This document shows, piece by piece, positions 16,602 to 18,164 of a stretch of 18,164 nt of DNA. Every line of letters begins with the position of its first letter. Position 1 is the stretch's first letter. A program made the translations under genes and the position numbers. This DNA comes from a virus (lineage: Duplodnaviria > Heunggongvirae > Uroviricota > Caudoviricetes): IMG/VR virus record IMGVR_UViG_3300014886_000120. One strand, 5' to 3'. The notes below the pieces were generated by a model, which saw only the letters and a list, made by a program, of their open reading frames with translations, had not been told where the DNA came from and searched no databases.

Positions 16602-18164
16602 TCAGTATGTGACTATTTCTACCCTTCCTTCCTTCTCTATGTACTCCCATTTACAGTAGAGCATGTCTCCTTCATCACTACCTGCAAACAGAGCTCCATG
16701 ATATCGTAGGTTTCCTATTCCATCCTTGCTTACTACTGGGGAACCACTGTCTCCTCCAGCACATTTGACCCTACACAGTACTACATCCTCGTAATAGGCT
16801 AGACCTCTACTTCCCTGGACATAACCGTTCCAGCTGGGATCTTCTATAGGTCCACTGGTAACCCCAGTAGTTCTCCCACTCTTGTAGACTTCTATACCTC
16901 GTTTATGTTCTCCCTTACCTACTATTCTTCCCTCTATTCCAAGAATGGAGTATGAGATTTCATCTGGATCTAGAGGTATACCAAAGCAAATATCAGCATG
17001 GTTAACAGCCTGATAAGTCCTGAAGTGTGTAGCTGCAAAAAGCAGCTTGTAAAGCTTGAACAGTATCCTCTTGTATAAGGAAGAGTATGAAGTAAACTTG
17101 GTTGGTACATTGTAGACATACTTGGCAATGGCATCACTCTCTTTACCTCCATCGTACGGGCTGGGTTGTATCCATAGCTCTCCCTTCTTAGCTTTATTTT
17201 CCCTACTTCCACAGTTTCCTGCCCATACTCCACATCCTTTTTCTCGTATAAATAAAGTATGATTCATGGGCAAAGTCACATCATACACAAAGCCTGAATA
17301 AGGATACTCTGTTATTGAACTTACCAGTGGGTCTATTGTCTTTAGGAATCTAACTCTGTACAGCACACTCTCTTTTCCCTTTGAGAAGTTGGTTATCCTA
17401 GATTCTCGTTTAATCAAAGTGGGGATTCCAAGCTTTAATGCTACCTCACAAACATCATTTGCTAAGCGTCTGGATGAAGTATTAAATCTACCATAGCTAT
17501 CACCATCTCCGTTCCTTAGAGTGTCGAGCAATATCTTGAGCTTAGAAGGTGGAAGCTCTTTGATTGTTGTAGGAATAAACTTCTCTTTAGAATGTACACC
17601 ATAAAGCCTGATATCTTTCAAAAGCTGATGGAAGGATGGATTATTAGATACAATTGCTGATTTACATCTCCATGTTCTTGCTTCCATGCTTTTCATACAC
17701 TTGTAAATTCTCTCATAGTATCTATTTTCTCTTTGTCTAATGCTGACTATTTTTTGACCTATGGAATTTTCACATGCTGAACCCTCTGATAGATACCAAC
17801 CTAGGAGCTCAATGAGCTCTTCACTAAACATATCATTATCTACACCTTTCCATTTGGCAATATTCTTGAACCTTACAGTAGTTGTTTTCCCTTCTGCTAA
17901 TCTCTCTTCAATTTCTTCAATCTTACCTAATTTAAAGTCACCAGCTTTCCGGCTATGGAACGGAGCTTTTGCAAAATAGACTGTGTTCCCTGGTGTCATT
18001 GAAACCTCAAACACCTTAGATTTGACTAATTTCATTGGTCCTCTATAGTAGATCTTATGGAAACGAATAGGCTGCAGATACTCTAAGCTTCCATCAGGAG
18101 CCAACGAGGCAAACCTTTCAGTACCATTTATTTCGTCCCATCTTTTAAAGCCATCTTTAGTTAG
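16602..18164 (-). CDS. Intein-containing trypsin-like (clan PA) serine protease, 5' end outside window
   Basis: Frame is open to the window edge (LTKDGFKRWDEI...). C-extein 16602-17213 has QPSPYDGG, NHAD (Asp), KSGRTTGVT, and GGDSGSP (Ser codon 16746-16748) followed by ALFAGS. Confidence 0.85.
   Translation of the reverse strand, partial: LTKDGFKRWDEINGTERFASLAPDGSLEYLQPIRFHKIYYRGPMKLVKSKVFEVSMTPGNTVYFAKAPFHSRKAGDFKLGKIEEIEERLAEGKTTTVRFKNIAKWKGVDNDMFSEELIELLGWYLSEGSACENSIGQKIVSIRQRENRYYERIYKCMKSMEARTWRCKSAIVSNNPSFHQLLKDIRLYGVHSKEKFIPTTIKELPPSKLKILLDTLRNGDGDSYGRFNTSSRRLANDVCEVALKLGIPTLIKRESRITNFSKGKESVLYRVRFLKTIDPLVSSITEYPYSGFVYDVTLPMNHTLFIREKGCGVWAGNCGSRENKAKKGELWIQPSPYDGGKESDAIAKYVYNVPTKFTSYSSLYKRILFKLYKLLFAATHFRTYQAVNHADICFGIPLDPDEISYSILGIEGRIVGKGEHKRGIEVYKSGRTTGVTSGPIEDPSWNGYVQGSRGLAYYEDVVLCRVKCAGGDSGSPVVSKDGIGNLRYHGALFAGSDEGDMLYCKWEYIEKEGRVEIVTY
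17214..18164 (-). mobile_element. Intein with LAGLIDADG homing endonuclease (N-terminal few residues outside window)
   Basis: LTKDGF follows block A; YYRGPM...MTPGN block-B region; LLGWYLSEGS and LLDTLRNGDG LAGLIDADG motifs; block F YSGFVYDVTLPMNHTLF; C-terminal WAGN followed by Cys+1. Confidence 0.92.

Larger units (their letters stand above)
1..18164 (-). mobile_element. Fragment of an archaeal tailed virus or provirus genome
   Basis: Portal-like gene, all credible genes co-oriented and tightly packed or overlapping, viral-type accessory genes (RNR, GTs, intein), no cellular housekeeping genes. Archaeal-style SD (GAGGTGA, GGGGTGA) and TATA-like boxes. Confidence 0.78.

Noticed and set aside
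116-18000. Many plus-strand ORFs of 60-180 aa (e.g. 10346-10888, 13493-14032, 14974-15486, 2861-3259)
   Set aside because: They are Ser/Leu/Phe-rich antisense shadows of well-supported minus-strand genes, with no motifs or ribosome-binding sites.
18102-18104. TTG at 18104 as the start of the 500-aa ORF
   Set aside because: The frame stays open to the window end and encodes intein sequence (LTKDGF), so the true start is outside the window.
1-18164. tRNA, rRNA, CRISPR array, integrase/att site, DGR or IS ends
   Set aside because: Intergenic gaps are all under 60 nt, and I saw no regularly spaced repeats, cloverleaf or recombinase motifs by eye. Recurrent AGCTAGCT words are compositional, not an array.

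Overview
A gene-dense fragment, with every credible gene on the minus strand, that best fits a head-tail (Caudoviricetes-like) virus or provirus of an anaerobic archaeon. Evidence: a portal-like gene, GGTGA/GGAGG ribosome-binding sites, TTAAATATA TATA-like boxes, class III RNR, and no cellular housekeeping genes. In transcription order (right to left): (1) a trypsin-like serine protease interrupted by a LAGLIDADG intein, apparently right after its catalytic His, 5' end outside the window; (2) a small 2-TM protein; (3) the portal; (4) a nucleotide-metabolism block (nrdD, Cys-rich ORF, PHP phosphoesterase, hypothetical, nrdG, HTH-metallophosphoesterase, NDT/DNPH1-like glycosidase, cytidine deaminase, hypothetical); (5) a translationally coupled operon of at least 10 sugar genes (GT4, GT2, GT4, SDR epimerase/dehydratase, cupin, RmlD-like reductase, AlkP-superfamily enzyme, Zn-ribbon, HddA-like kinase, GT75/RGP UDP-arabinopyranose-mutase-like protein). 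The GT75 gene is missing from the ORF track because it runs off the window. All family calls come from manual motif recognition, not database searches.
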